Shown piece by piece: positions 1 to 8,945 of a stretch of 36,954 nt of DNA; the stretch's first letter is position 1; every line of letters starts with the position of its first letter. This stretch comes from Moraxellaceae bacterium (GTDB lineage: Bacteria > Pseudomonadota > Gammaproteobacteria > Pseudomonadales > Moraxellaceae), in assembly GCA_014378805.1 (NCBI GenBank), contig JACMMY010000278.1, forward strand, positions 1 to 36,954. Reading direction: 5' to 3'. The position numbers and the translations under genes were made by a program. Below the pieces are notes generated by a model that saw only the letters and a list, made by a program, of their open reading frames with translations, did not search any database and had not been told where the DNA came from.

Positions 1-24
1 GATAGCAAATAATTTTTAACGTTC

Positions 25-54
25 AAAAAAACAGTGCTTAGGTACTGCTTTTTT
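25..54. terminator. Putative intrinsic terminator of a gene outside the window
   Basis: A7-CAGTGC-TTAG-GTACTG-C-T6 hairpin (one G-U pair) flanked by A and T tracts. Confidence 0.5.
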
Positions 55-273
55 ATGGCTTAAATTCAATATTTGATAATTAGATTTGATCCGTAAATTT
101 TAAAAAAGTAATGCAGGCGTGTATGTACGACTTCAAATGCTCGTTTTTTTTGGCGTATTCGTGTTCAGTTATGCCTCATAATCACAGCACCTGTCGATGG
201 TAATATTTGTAGACCTAAAACTGTTTTAAATCCTGTCTAACAATATAAATAACTGATGCTGGAAATATAAAAG

Positions 274-335
274 TGTATCGTCTATTGTATCGATACATTT
301 TTTAGAAATACACTGCGATACATTCATGAATACAC
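274..335. repeat. Cluster of TGTATC/RATACA motifs over the promoter and start codon of the HTH gene
   Basis: TGTATCG 274-280; palindrome TGTATCGATACA 286-297; AATACAC 307-313; GATACA 317-322; AATACAC 329-335. Confidence 0.7.
285..314 (+). promoter_or_regulatory. Possible sigma70 promoter of the HTH gene, overlapped by the repeats
   Basis: TTGTAT (285-290), 18-bp spacer, TACACT (309-314); motif match only. Confidence 0.35.
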
Positions 336-724
336 CGACTAATTTGACTATTTCCGCTGCTGCAAAACTTTATGGCAAGAGTAGAGCAACATTGTACAAG
401 GCAATAGATAGCGGTACTTTATCGCAAAATAATGATGGAAAAGTGAATCTTAGCGAGCTCATTCGCGTGTATGGCGAAATTGGAAACAAGACAACAGTGA
501 CACATGAAAAACGTATCGAAGACGTATCGACAATACAGCAAGATACACTCGTAAATACACTTTTAAGAGAACGTTTAGACCGAATTGAATCGTTAGAAAG
601 ACAACTTGCGATCAAAGATGAGCAACTCGCACAACTTCATGGCACGATCAAATTATTAGAATATAAATCAGAAAATCCTGCGCCAAAATCATTGTTAGAT
701 CGCATCAAAAAATTCATTGAGTGA
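326..724 (+). CDS. Small DNA-binding protein: N-terminal HTH (MerR/excisionase-like), coiled coil, amphipathic C-terminal tail
   Basis: 132 aa; LTISAAAKLYGKSRATLYKAIDSGTLS...NLSELIRVYG HTH pattern; heptad-rich LRERLDRIESLERQLAIKDEQLAQL; tail KSLLDRIKKFIE. Resembles small HTH proteins often annotated on plasmids. Confidence 0.8.
   Translation: MNTPTNLTISAAAKLYGKSRATLYKAIDSGTLSQNNDGKVNLSELIRVYGEIGNKTTVTHEKRIEDVSTIQQDTLVNTLLRERLDRIESLERQLAIKDEQLAQLHGTIKLLEYKSENPAPKSLLDRIKKFIE
511..560. repeat. Second copy of the GTATCG/RATACA motif cluster inside the HTH gene
   Basis: ACGTATCGA at 511-519 and 522-530; AATACA 532, GATACA 542, AATACAC 554; block 532-560 matches 307-335 at 22 of 29 positions. Confidence 0.65.
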
Positions 725-726
725 AC

Positions 727-761
727 AAAAAAATGGCGCATTCAATATGCGCCATTTTTTT
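727..761. terminator. Bidirectional intrinsic terminator between the convergent HTH gene and mnmE
   Basis: AAAAAAATGGCGCAT-TCAAT-ATGCGCCATTTTTTT perfect 15-bp inverted repeat. Confidence 0.9.
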
Positions 762-784
762 AATTTACATGCAAGATTGAAAAC

Positions 785-2173
785 CTATTTCCCAATACAA
801 AACGAGCCAAATATTTTTCCAAGTAAATCATCCGCAGTGAATTCACCCGTAATTTCACTCAATGCATTTTGAGACAACCGTAAAGATTCCGCCATCAGCT
901 CACCAGCACGATAATCAACCAACTGCACTCTGGCATCATCTAAACTGATCAAACATCGCGATAACGCATCGATATGTCGTGTGCGCGCAATGAAAGTGTT
1001 TTCTTCAGGTTGATAGCCTGCTTGCTGACTAATCAATTGCACTAAATCATCAATACCGAGTTTTTGTTTGGCCGATAAGGTGATTTGTCGGAAACCATCC
1101 TTCTCACCAATGCCAACGTCGTGTGTCGATAAATCTGCTTTATTGCCAATGAAAATCAAACGTTTTTTATCCAAATTGTGATGCAAATCGTCTTCAAAAA
1201 ACTCTTTCGCCAACGCCAACGGTTCAGTGTCTTGGGTCAAGTCATAAACCAATAACAGCAAATCGGCCTGTTCTATTTGCGTGTATGCGCGTCGAATTCC
1301 TTCAATTTCAACAAGATCATCCGTCTCTCGCAGCCCTGCTGTATCAGTCAACGTAATCGGTAATCCATTTAAGGTAATCCTTTCATGCAATACATCCCGC
1401 GTCGTACCCGCAATATGCGTCACAATCGCACGATCAACGCCTGCTAAAGCATTCAGCAAGCTCGATTTACCTGCATTCGGTTTACCCGCAATAACAACCT
1501 GCAGTCCTTCACGAAGCAACTGACCTTGGCGTGCTGAAGCAAAGACACTTTTGATTGCCGCAATCACTTGTTCAAGCAACGCCAAAATTCGTCCATCAGC
1601 TAAAAAATCAATCTCTTCTTCGGGAAAATCAATCGCCGCTTCAACGTGCAAACGCAAATGAATCAACTGTTCTAAAACCGTTTGAATCCGCGTTGAAAAT
1701 TCACCTTGCAGCGACCGAATCGCAGAACGCGCCGCTTGGCTACTTGCTGCATCAATTAAATCGGCAATCGCTTCCGCTTGTACCAAGTCCATTTTGCCAT
1801 TAGCAAAAGCGCGCGATGAAAACTCACCTGCACCAGCAGCAGTCGCTCCTAAGGCCAGCAAACGCGCCAATAAGGCATTTTGTACCACAATCCCGCCATG
1901 ACCCTGCAACTCAACCACATCTTCGCCTGTAAACGAATTTGGCCCTGGGAAATACAAGACTAAACCTTCATCAATGGTCGCATGACTACCATCCACATCA
2001 GCATCCAAGAATCGCGCAAATGCCGCTTGTCTTGCTTGCGCAATCGGTTTTCCAGTCAGTTGTTCAGTTATCTGGACCGCCTTCGAACCTGACAAGCGAA
2101 TTACACCAATACCGCCACGACCTAAGGGCGTTGCAATGGCTGCAATCGTGGTGCTATTTGGACGATTTGACAT
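785..2173 (-). CDS. mnmE: tRNA modification GTPase MnmE (TrmE)
   Basis: TIAAIATP.GRGGIGVIRLSG, SFTGEDVVE, GKPNAGKSS P-loop, DTAGLR, NKAD, C-terminal FCIGK. The ORF extends to 2203; the start is uncertain. Confidence 0.97.
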   Translation of the reverse strand: MSNRPNSTTIAAIATPLGRGGIGVIRLSGSKAVQITEQLTGKPIAQARQAAFARFLDADVDGSHATIDEGLVLYFPGPNSFTGEDVVELQGHGGIVVQNALLARLLALGATAAGAGEFSSRAFANGKMDLVQAEAIADLIDAASSQAARSAIRSLQGEFSTRIQTVLEQLIHLRLHVEAAIDFPEEEIDFLADGRILALLEQVIAAIKSVFASARQGQLLREGLQVVIAGKPNAGKSSLLNALAGVDRAIVTHIAGTTRDVLHERITLNGLPITLTDTAGLRETDDLVEIEGIRRAYTQIEQADLLLLVYDLTQDTEPLALAKEFFEDDLHHNLDKKRLIFIGNKADLSTHDVGIGEKDGFRQITLSAKQKLGIDDLVQLISQQAGYQPEENTFIARTRHIDALSRCLISLDDARVQLVDYRAGELMAESLRLSQNALSEITGEFTADDLLGKIFGSFCIGK

Positions 2174-2314
2174 AACTAGACTCATTAACGATGAATTAAC
2201 CAAAAGCAGTGACTAAAAATCCGCACATCCTGCTCAACATAAATGCCAAACAATATGGGCGGATCATGAATGAAAATAGTTTACTTGAACAGTTTTCATT
2301 AACAGCCACATCAT

Positions 2315-2346
2315 AAAATAAACGCATCCAATGATGCGTTTATTTT
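2315..2346 (-). terminator. Intrinsic terminator after yidC
   Basis: AAAATAAACGCATC-CAAT-GATGCGTTTATTTT perfect 14-bp stem. Confidence 0.8.
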
Positions 2347-2352
2347 TAAATC

Positions 2353-4068
2353 TTAGCTTGTTGCGTTCGCCTGATATGAACGTTCAATCTGACGATTGAC
2401 ATATTTTTGCTGAACGATGGTCAAGAGGTTATTCACGATCCAGTACAACACCAAACCTGACGGGAACCACAACATAAACACCGTGAAAACAACTGGCATT
2501 AAACGCATCATTTTTGCTTGTAATGGATCTGCAGGTTGTGGATTCAACATCTGCTGGAAGTACATCGTTGCGCCCATAATCAGTGGCAATACAAACCAAT
2601 GATCCATCGATGATAAGTCAGTAATCCAACCAATCCAAGGTGCATTACGCAGCTCAACGCTTTCCATAAACACAAAATACAGTGACATGAAAATCGGCAT
2701 CTGCAGCAAGATTGGCAAGCAACCTGACAACGGATTGACGCCTTCTTTTTTATACAACGCCATCATTTCTTGTGAAAAACGCATGCGATCTTCACCATGT
2801 TCTTCTTTCAAACGCTGCATTTCTGGCGCAATGACTTTCATTTTTGGCATTGAACGATAACTTTTTGCTGATAATGGAAACAGAATCATTTTAACCAAGA
2901 TGGTCAATAAAATAATCGACCAACCCCAATTACCCAAGAAGCCGTGAATATATTCCAGACCTATAAACAAAACTTGTGCAATAGGCCACAACCAACCGTA
3001 ATCAACGGTTTGTTCTAAACCAGAAGCGAGCGGTTTTAAGTTTTCTTGAACTTTAGGGCCCACATATAGCGTCGCAGAAACATTTTGCTCTGTGCCTGGT
3101 ACAACGGTCATCAGTGGCGCAGTAAAGCCAATGAAATTGTCATTGCCGCTGACACGTGAACTCAATACAACGCTTGAACTTGCATCTGGAACCCATGCTG
3201 TCACAAAATAATGCTGCAACACTGCAACCCAACCGCCTTTAACCGAAGTGTTCAGCGCTTCTTTTTGGAACTCATCAAATTTCAGTTTGTTATACAGTTT
3301 GTCAGGTGTTCCCCATGCACCACCCATAAAGGTGGCCATGCCCATCATGCCTTGATTAGCTTTACTTGGATCGACTGAATTATCACGTTTGACTTGACCA
3401 AACATCTGACCATGCCAAGGCGCTGTGCCACGGTTAATAATTTTATAGCTGACAACAACTGGATATTTACCTTGGGTAATATGGAAATTCTTCACAATCT
3501 GCACGCCATTTGGCGCATCAAAAGTTAAAGGAATATCTAAGGTTTGCTGACCAGCAGCCAAGGTATAAGTCGCTTGTGTCGATTTATACAGTGGACGACC
3601 TGTTGCCGCAGCATCTGGACCATCTGCACCCACCAAACCTGATTGTGCGGTATAGACACGACCTGCGCCTTGTTCAAGCAGCACAAACGGTTGCTTACTA
3701 TCTGCATGTAAATGATTCAACAATTCAGCACGAACCACATCACCGCCTTTCGGATCAATTTGCAAACGGTAAATATCGTTTTGAACCGTAATCAAACCTT
3801 GGCTGGTCGCAGCTGTTGGCGCAACGACTGTAGGTACAGCAGGCGTGATCGATACCACTGGCGGAACATCACTGTTTGCCGCTGATATGGCCGTTGTTAC
3901 CGCACTCGTTGAAGGAATATCAACTGACGCAGGTTGTGCCGTTTGAGCAACTGGCGTTGCTACAGTATCGGCTGCAAGATGCCCGTAATCTTTCTGCCAT
4001 GCCAAAATCAGCAAATAAGCAGTGATAAACATTCCAATCAGGATGAAGGGTTTTGCCCACTTCTGCAT
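2353..4068 (-). CDS. yidC: Membrane protein insertase YidC
   Basis: N-terminal TM, periplasmic domain, VDYGWLW, GNWGWSII, NPLSGCLP, PSGLVLYW. Start at the ATG (4068) after a GGGGA RBS. Confidence 0.96.
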   Translation of the reverse strand: MQKWAKPFILIGMFITAYLLILAWQKDYGHLAADTVATPVAQTAQPASVDIPSTSAVTTAISAANSDVPPVVSITPAVPTVVAPTAATSQGLITVQNDIYRLQIDPKGGDVVRAELLNHLHADSKQPFVLLEQGAGRVYTAQSGLVGADGPDAAATGRPLYKSTQATYTLAAGQQTLDIPLTFDAPNGVQIVKNFHITQGKYPVVVSYKIINRGTAPWHGQMFGQVKRDNSVDPSKANQGMMGMATFMGGAWGTPDKLYNKLKFDEFQKEALNTSVKGGWVAVLQHYFVTAWVPDASSSVVLSSRVSGNDNFIGFTAPLMTVVPGTEQNVSATLYVGPKVQENLKPLASGLEQTVDYGWLWPIAQVLFIGLEYIHGFLGNWGWSIILLTILVKMILFPLSAKSYRSMPKMKVIAPEMQRLKEEHGEDRMRFSQEMMALYKKEGVNPLSGCLPILLQMPIFMSLYFVFMESVELRNAPWIGWITDLSSMDHWFVLPLIMGATMYFQQMLNPQPADPLQAKMMRLMPVVFTVFMLWFPSGLVLYWIVNNLLTIVQQKYVNRQIERSYQANATS

Positions 4069-4119
4069 GATATTCCCCAACATAAATAACTTTGATTAAG
4101 GTATTGCCTGCAAAACCAT

Positions 4120-4563
4120 TCAAAAAAAGATTGGATGATGATGCGGCGGGTTAGTGTACGGCGTTAATTTGCGAATTTGATGACGATTTACAATTGGCTT
4201 AACGAATAAGCGATGAGAAGTATTCAATTTTAATGAATCTTTCTGTTCAACATCACAATTACATATTCTATTTCTGCTAAAAAACTGAATAAAAAGTGCC
4301 TTGACTAAAGAATTCCTTTTTAAATCAGTCGTTTTAGAATCTTGATTGCCTTTAAGTGGCACGGGATCATAACCCGATCCGCCCCAAGGCTGACAACGTC
4401 CAAGACGTTTTATGATCAACCACAATGCGTAGCCAAGCGAATGCTGCTCTAAAGCCTCAAGCGCATAGACCGAACAAGATGGGTAAAAACGACAACGCGG
4501 CCCAAGCATTGGGCTAATAAATAAGCGATAAAATTGAATTAACCAGCGAAAAGCGGTTTTCAT
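4120..4563 (-). CDS. yidD: Membrane protein insertion efficiency factor YidD with a C-terminal extension
   Basis: [19 protein letters not shown]...[17 protein letters not shown]; lies between rnpA and yidC. Confidence 0.92.
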   Translation of the reverse strand: MKTAFRWLIQFYRLFISPMLGPRCRFYPSCSVYALEALEQHSLGYALWLIIKRLGRCQPWGGSGYDPVPLKGNQDSKTTDLKRNSLVKALFIQFFSRNRICNCDVEQKDSLKLNTSHRLFVKPIVNRHQIRKLTPYTNPPHHHPIFF

Positions 4564-5078
4564 TCTTGATCCACTGAAGAAGTAGTCACTGAAGAAGTTT
4601 TACTCTTATTTGAGTCAGTTTGCTGTAAATCAATACTGGGCGCAGAATTTTTTTGAGATTTTGAGTCGCTTTTTCGTGCAGAAGGATCAATCACTTGGTT
4701 TTTCTGGAAACGCTTGGTGAGTTGACGCCATGCTAAATTGAGTTCTTGCTGCAGAACTTCATTCGATAACATTTGTGCATCAGCTTTCGCCATAAGCACA
4801 ATATCGAGAGCAGGTAATTCTGCTTGATGTAAGCGAAAACTTTCTCGCGCAAGTCGTTTCACTCGATTACGCTCATGCGCACGTCGAATTTTACGCTTAG
4901 CGATCACTAAACCAATGCGAGCATGATCTAAACTTTGACTCGTTTCGGGGTTTGTACTTGGCACAGCAAGCAACATAAACCCTGACTGATGCACTTTATA
5001 GAGCGCACCATCAAAGACTGATTTAAAATCAGACGCTTGAAGTAAACGAAGTTGTGCAGAAAAACCAAAAGATAACAT
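4560..5078 (-). CDS. rnpA: Ribonuclease P protein component with a low-complexity C-terminal extension
   Basis: [37 protein letters not shown] (RNR motif), LDIV. The ORF extends to 5111; its stop overlaps the yidD start. Confidence 0.93.
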   Translation of the reverse strand: MLSFGFSAQLRLLQASDFKSVFDGALYKVHQSGFMLLAVPSTNPETSQSLDHARIGLVIAKRKIRRAHERNRVKRLARESFRLHQAELPALDIVLMAKADAQMLSNEVLQQELNLAWRQLTKRFQKNQVIDPSARKSDSKSQKNSAPSIDLQQTDSNKSKTSSVTTSSVDQE

Positions 5079-5238
5079 GCGATCAATTCCCATACGGTTT
5101 TGACCTTGCATGTTTTAGGATTGACACTGACAAGGCTATACTAAATGACTAGCTCATATTTGAGAAAACTAAATTTAAGAAACAAGTTTCTCCTGATCAA
5201 TCCCTGATACTTAACGTACTTGCTGTAATCTACGAGAA

Positions 5239-5260
5239 AGCAAGTCAGCAAGTCAGCAAG
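5239..5260. repeat. Short tandem repeat (AGCAAGTC, 2.75 copies) in the rpmH-rnpA spacer
   Basis: AGCAAGTC AGCAAGTC AGCAAG. Confidence 0.7.
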
Positions 5261-5295
5261 AATCACGTTCACTACACAAATGCAGTGAACTCAGA

Positions 5296-5497
<202 letters not shown>

Positions 5498-5519
5498 TCC
5501 CTATCTGTAATTAACACTA

Positions 5520-5880
5520 AATCATTATTCACAAGCTAAAGTGTTGTTCAGGGACACTTTTTAGAACTTAACCACAAATATACTAAAAGTTATCCACAAT
5601 CTAAGACCAGATTTTGTAGTTGATTTTTAGTTTTTAGTTTTGGAAGTATTATTATTAGGACGTCACTTTTCTGGGCATAACCGAAAAAAAATAATATAAA
5701 TCAAAAAAATATCATGTTGATGAGGTTGTGGATGGTTTAGGTATAATTTGTGGATAAGTCTGTTGTTAAAACTATCAACAGTGTTGTCCACAAAGTTTTC
5801 CACAGAGGTTATCCACAGAAAGCGCAATGATATTAACTGATTTTAGTAAAAATCATTTCAAAATTTGACAAAGGTGATGA
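5520..5880. other. oriC: Chromosomal replication origin oriC (rpmH-dnaA intergenic region)
   Basis: DnaA boxes: TTATTCACA 5525-5533, TTAACCACA 5568-5576, TTATCCACA 5590-5598, TGGGCATAA 5672-5680, TGTGGATAA 5749-5757, TTGTCCACA 5784-5792, TTTTCCACA 5796-5804, TTATCCACA 5809-5817; AT-rich stretch about 5610-5720; genes diverge from this point. Confidence 0.9.
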
Positions 5881-5886
5881 AAAGCG

Positions 5887-5915
5887 ATGACAGGCTGTGT
5901 GGGATTGGCTAGAAT
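5887..5915 (+). promoter_or_regulatory. Candidate dnaA promoter
   Basis: ATGACA (5887-5892), 17 bp, TAGAAT (5910-5915). Confidence 0.45.
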
Positions 5916-6156
5916 GTTTTCATTCTACCGGTTTGACTGACCGCAATCATTGCAGCGGTTTCATAAACGTATTTCATCTACGACCGCTGAATAAAATAGA
6001 TGACAGACTGATTTGTTCAGTTAGGCTTAATCGCTCTAGTTCGTGTCATTGATGGTTTCTACTTGCTAAGCATTGAAAAATAATCATTTTTTAATTTGAT
6101 TATAGATTTTCTGTTCGCGTTTCATACACATATTATTCGATATTTTGGGGAAGTTA

Positions 6157-7560
6157 ATGATTTGGGCGGATTGTCTTGAAGTATTGCGCCATGAAATGGC
6201 AGACAATTTGTTTACATTATGGATTCGTCCATTAAATGCAGAAGAACAAGGCTCTATCTTGTCTCTCTATACGCCAAATGCATATTTTGTAAAATATATT
6301 ACTGAACATTATATTGAACGTATTCGTGCGCTTGCTTATGAATATAGTAAAGGCGCTATTACTGACGTCCAAGTGAAATTTGACCCTCGACATGGTTCGA
6401 TTAATGCTAATAAAATTAAACCCGCTTCAGTTCAAAATAATAATAAAGATGCCACATCAAATATTACCCATGATTTAAATTTAAATAATGTTGATGCTTA
6501 TAGTCAGTCGTCATTTAATATCCCACCAGAACAAGTTCGTAGAACTTTAAATAAGGGTTATGTATTTCAAGAATTTGTCGAAGGCCCGACTAATAAAATG
6601 GCTTTTGAAACTTGTAAAACAGTTGTCGATCAACTCGGTGATTCAAAACATAATCCATTATTTTTATACGGTGCAACGGGTTTAGGTAAAACCCACTTAA
6701 TGCAAGCGGTGGGTCATGCAGTATTGGATCGAAACCCAAGTGCCCGCGTCATGTATATGACTTCAGAACAATTTGTTTCTGGTTTTGTCACCGCATTACA
6801 GCAACAACGTATTGATAAATTTAAAAAAGATTGTCGTACACTCGATTTGTTATTGGTTGATGATATTCAATTCTTGGCAGGTAAAGCAGCCAGTTTAGAA
6901 GAATTTTTTAATACCTTTAATGAGTTATTAACTGAATCTAAACAGATTATTCTCACCTCAGATCGTTATCCAAAAGAAATCACTGAAATGGATGCGCGAT
7001 TAGTTTCTCGTTTCTCTTGGGGATTATCGATTGCAGTTGAACCACCTGAATTAGAAAATCGCGTCGATATTTTATTACGTAAAGCGAAACTCAGTGATTA
7101 TGAATTACCGAGAAACTGTGCATTATTTATTGCCCAACAAGTTCAAGCTAACGTACGTGAATTAGAAGGTGCTTTAAATAAAGTAATCGCGACTGCGCGA
7201 TTTAAAGGTGTTGAAATCAGTGTTGAAATTATTAAAGAAGCACTGAAAGATCAAATCTCTATTCGCGCTAGACAAATCAGTGTCGATAATATTCAAAAGG
7301 TCGTGGTTGAATATTATCGTATTCCATTACGTGAATTAACGGGTACCAAACGAACTCGAGTTTATGTTCGTCCACGTCAAATGGCGATGGGATTATCACG
7401 TGAATTAACTGGTGATAGTTTCCCTGAAATTGGTCAGGCATTTGGTGGGCGTGATCATACGACGGTCATGCATGCCTGCGATAAAGTACAAGAGTTGTGT
7501 CAGACGGATCCTGCATTTGCAGCTGATTACAAAAATTTGCTCAGGATGCTGCAAGGGTAA
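6157..7560 (+). CDS. dnaA: Chromosomal replication initiator DnaA
   Basis: NPLFLYGATGLGKTHL Walker A, LLVDDIQF, NVRELEGAL, FGGRDHTTVMHA. ATG at 6157 follows a GGGGA RBS (the ORF track starts at TTG 6145). Confidence 0.98.
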   Translation: MIWADCLEVLRHEMADNLFTLWIRPLNAEEQGSILSLYTPNAYFVKYITEHYIERIRALAYEYSKGAITDVQVKFDPRHGSINANKIKPASVQNNNKDATSNITHDLNLNNVDAYSQSSFNIPPEQVRRTLNKGYVFQEFVEGPTNKMAFETCKTVVDQLGDSKHNPLFLYGATGLGKTHLMQAVGHAVLDRNPSARVMYMTSEQFVSGFVTALQQQRIDKFKKDCRTLDLLLVDDIQFLAGKAASLEEFFNTFNELLTESKQIILTSDRYPKEITEMDARLVSRFSWGLSIAVEPPELENRVDILLRKAKLSDYELPRNCALFIAQQVQANVRELEGALNKVIATARFKGVEISVEIIKEALKDQISIRARQISVDNIQKVVVEYYRIPLRELTGTKRTRVYVRPRQMAMGLSRELTGDSFPEIGQAFGGRDHTTVMHACDKVQELCQTDPAFAADYKNLLRMLQG

Positions 7561-7715
7561 TTCTTAAAGCCCTTTTTGTTGTGTAGAATCTTTGTATTAG
7601 CCATATTTTATTCAAGCATTTTTATTTGAACTTTCATTATTGTTTTTAGATAAAAATGCTATAACTCATTTACATCAATGATTAAATTTTTTAGATATCA
7701 GAGTACGATAGGATT

Positions 7716-8885
7716 ATGAAACTTAAAATTACTAAGGATTTGTTTTTACGCGCATTATCTCAAGTTTCAAGCGCAGTTGAACGTCGCCATACACTGCCTA
7801 TATTGTCTAATCTTAAACTTGAAGTGACGTTCACTCATTTAACCCTGACCGCATCTGACTTAGAAGTAGAATTGGTTGCGGTTGTGCCACTACCAGATGG
7901 TGCATGTTTAGAAGCGGGTGCGACCACATTGTCTGCGCGTAAGTTGATGGATATTTGTAAATCGCTGCCATCTGCAGCGTTGATTGACCTGCAGACTGCT
8001 GATGATCGTCGTTGCCAATTAAAGTCAGGTAATAGTCGTTTTATGCTGGGGACATTACCAGCTGAAGATTTCCCATTGCTTAGCGGCGGTACAAACGACT
8101 CGTTGAATAATGGTACGCGTCTGCAGGTCGATCAGCGCGCACTGAAACGTCTTTTGGATAAAACTGCTTTTGCGATGGCAGTTCAAGATGTGCGTTTTTA
8201 TCTGACGGGTATGTTGTTTGAAGCCTCGGAAGCGCAATTGCGCACCGTCACCACTGATGGTCATCGTCTGGCGATGTTTGAGACTGCAGCAGTGCTGGAG
8301 GGTGGTCAAAGTGTACAAGCGATTGTGCCACGAAAAGGCGTGCTCGAATTACAACGTTTATTGGGTGCGGAAGAGAGTCAACTTTCAATTCTTGTTGGTC
8401 GACAATTTTTGAGTGTGACATTAACCCAGCAAAATAAAGCGCAAGAAGGTCAGCAAACTGTTGATATCGAAATTCGTTTTACCACTAAATTGATTGATGG
8501 TAAGTTCCCTGATTACCGCCGCGTCATTCCAAAAAATGGCGACAAGGTCATGCAGGTTGCGTTGGATGAATTTAAGCAAACCTTGCAACGTGTTGCGATT
8601 TTAAGTAATGAAAAACTGCGTGGCGTGTTCTTACAACTGAATAATCATAATATGCAAATGCGTGCGAATAACGCGGAGCAAGATGAAGCGGTAGAAGATT
8701 TGTTGATTAGCTATCAAGGTGCGCCATTAGAGATGTCATTTAATGCCCAGTATTTACTGGATATTATTAATGTTATAGAAGGTTCAACCTTACAAATGAC
8801 ATTAAGTGATGCTAATGCATCCGCTTTAGTCCAAGACCCATCTGAAAATGGTGCGGTTTATGTGGTTATGCCAATGCGTGTTTAA
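7716..8885 (+). CDS. dnaN: DNA polymerase III beta sliding clamp
   Basis: ERRHTLPILSN, TDGHRLA, LIDGKFPDYRRVIP, C-terminal YVVMPMRV; follows dnaA. Confidence 0.97.
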   Translation: MKLKITKDLFLRALSQVSSAVERRHTLPILSNLKLEVTFTHLTLTASDLEVELVAVVPLPDGACLEAGATTLSARKLMDICKSLPSAALIDLQTADDRRCQLKSGNSRFMLGTLPAEDFPLLSGGTNDSLNNGTRLQVDQRALKRLLDKTAFAMAVQDVRFYLTGMLFEASEAQLRTVTTDGHRLAMFETAAVLEGGQSVQAIVPRKGVLELQRLLGAEESQLSILVGRQFLSVTLTQQNKAQEGQQTVDIEIRFTTKLIDGKFPDYRRVIPKNGDKVMQVALDEFKQTLQRVAILSNEKLRGVFLQLNNHNMQMRANNAEQDEAVEDLLISYQGAPLEMSFNAQYLLDIINVIEGSTLQMTLSDANASALVQDPSENGAVYVVMPMRV

Positions 8886-8945
8886 ATCGTTTTTGAATTT
8901 AAAAACGGTTTTAATTTTCGTATATCATTTTGAGTTAGAAACCTT

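Noticed and set aside
203-246. Imperfect inverted repeat (10/12) with an inner TAAAAC-T-GTTTTA palindrome
   Set aside because: AT-rich, the two symmetries are not concentric, and it could easily be chance.
1-785. Integrative island at the mnmE 3' end
   Set aside because: No integrase and no duplicated mnmE 3' sequence in the window; a clean terminator follows mnmE.
7580-7660. Second origin segment between dnaA and dnaN
   Set aside because: Only one degenerate DnaA-box-like 9-mer and an AT-rich hairpin; no box cluster.
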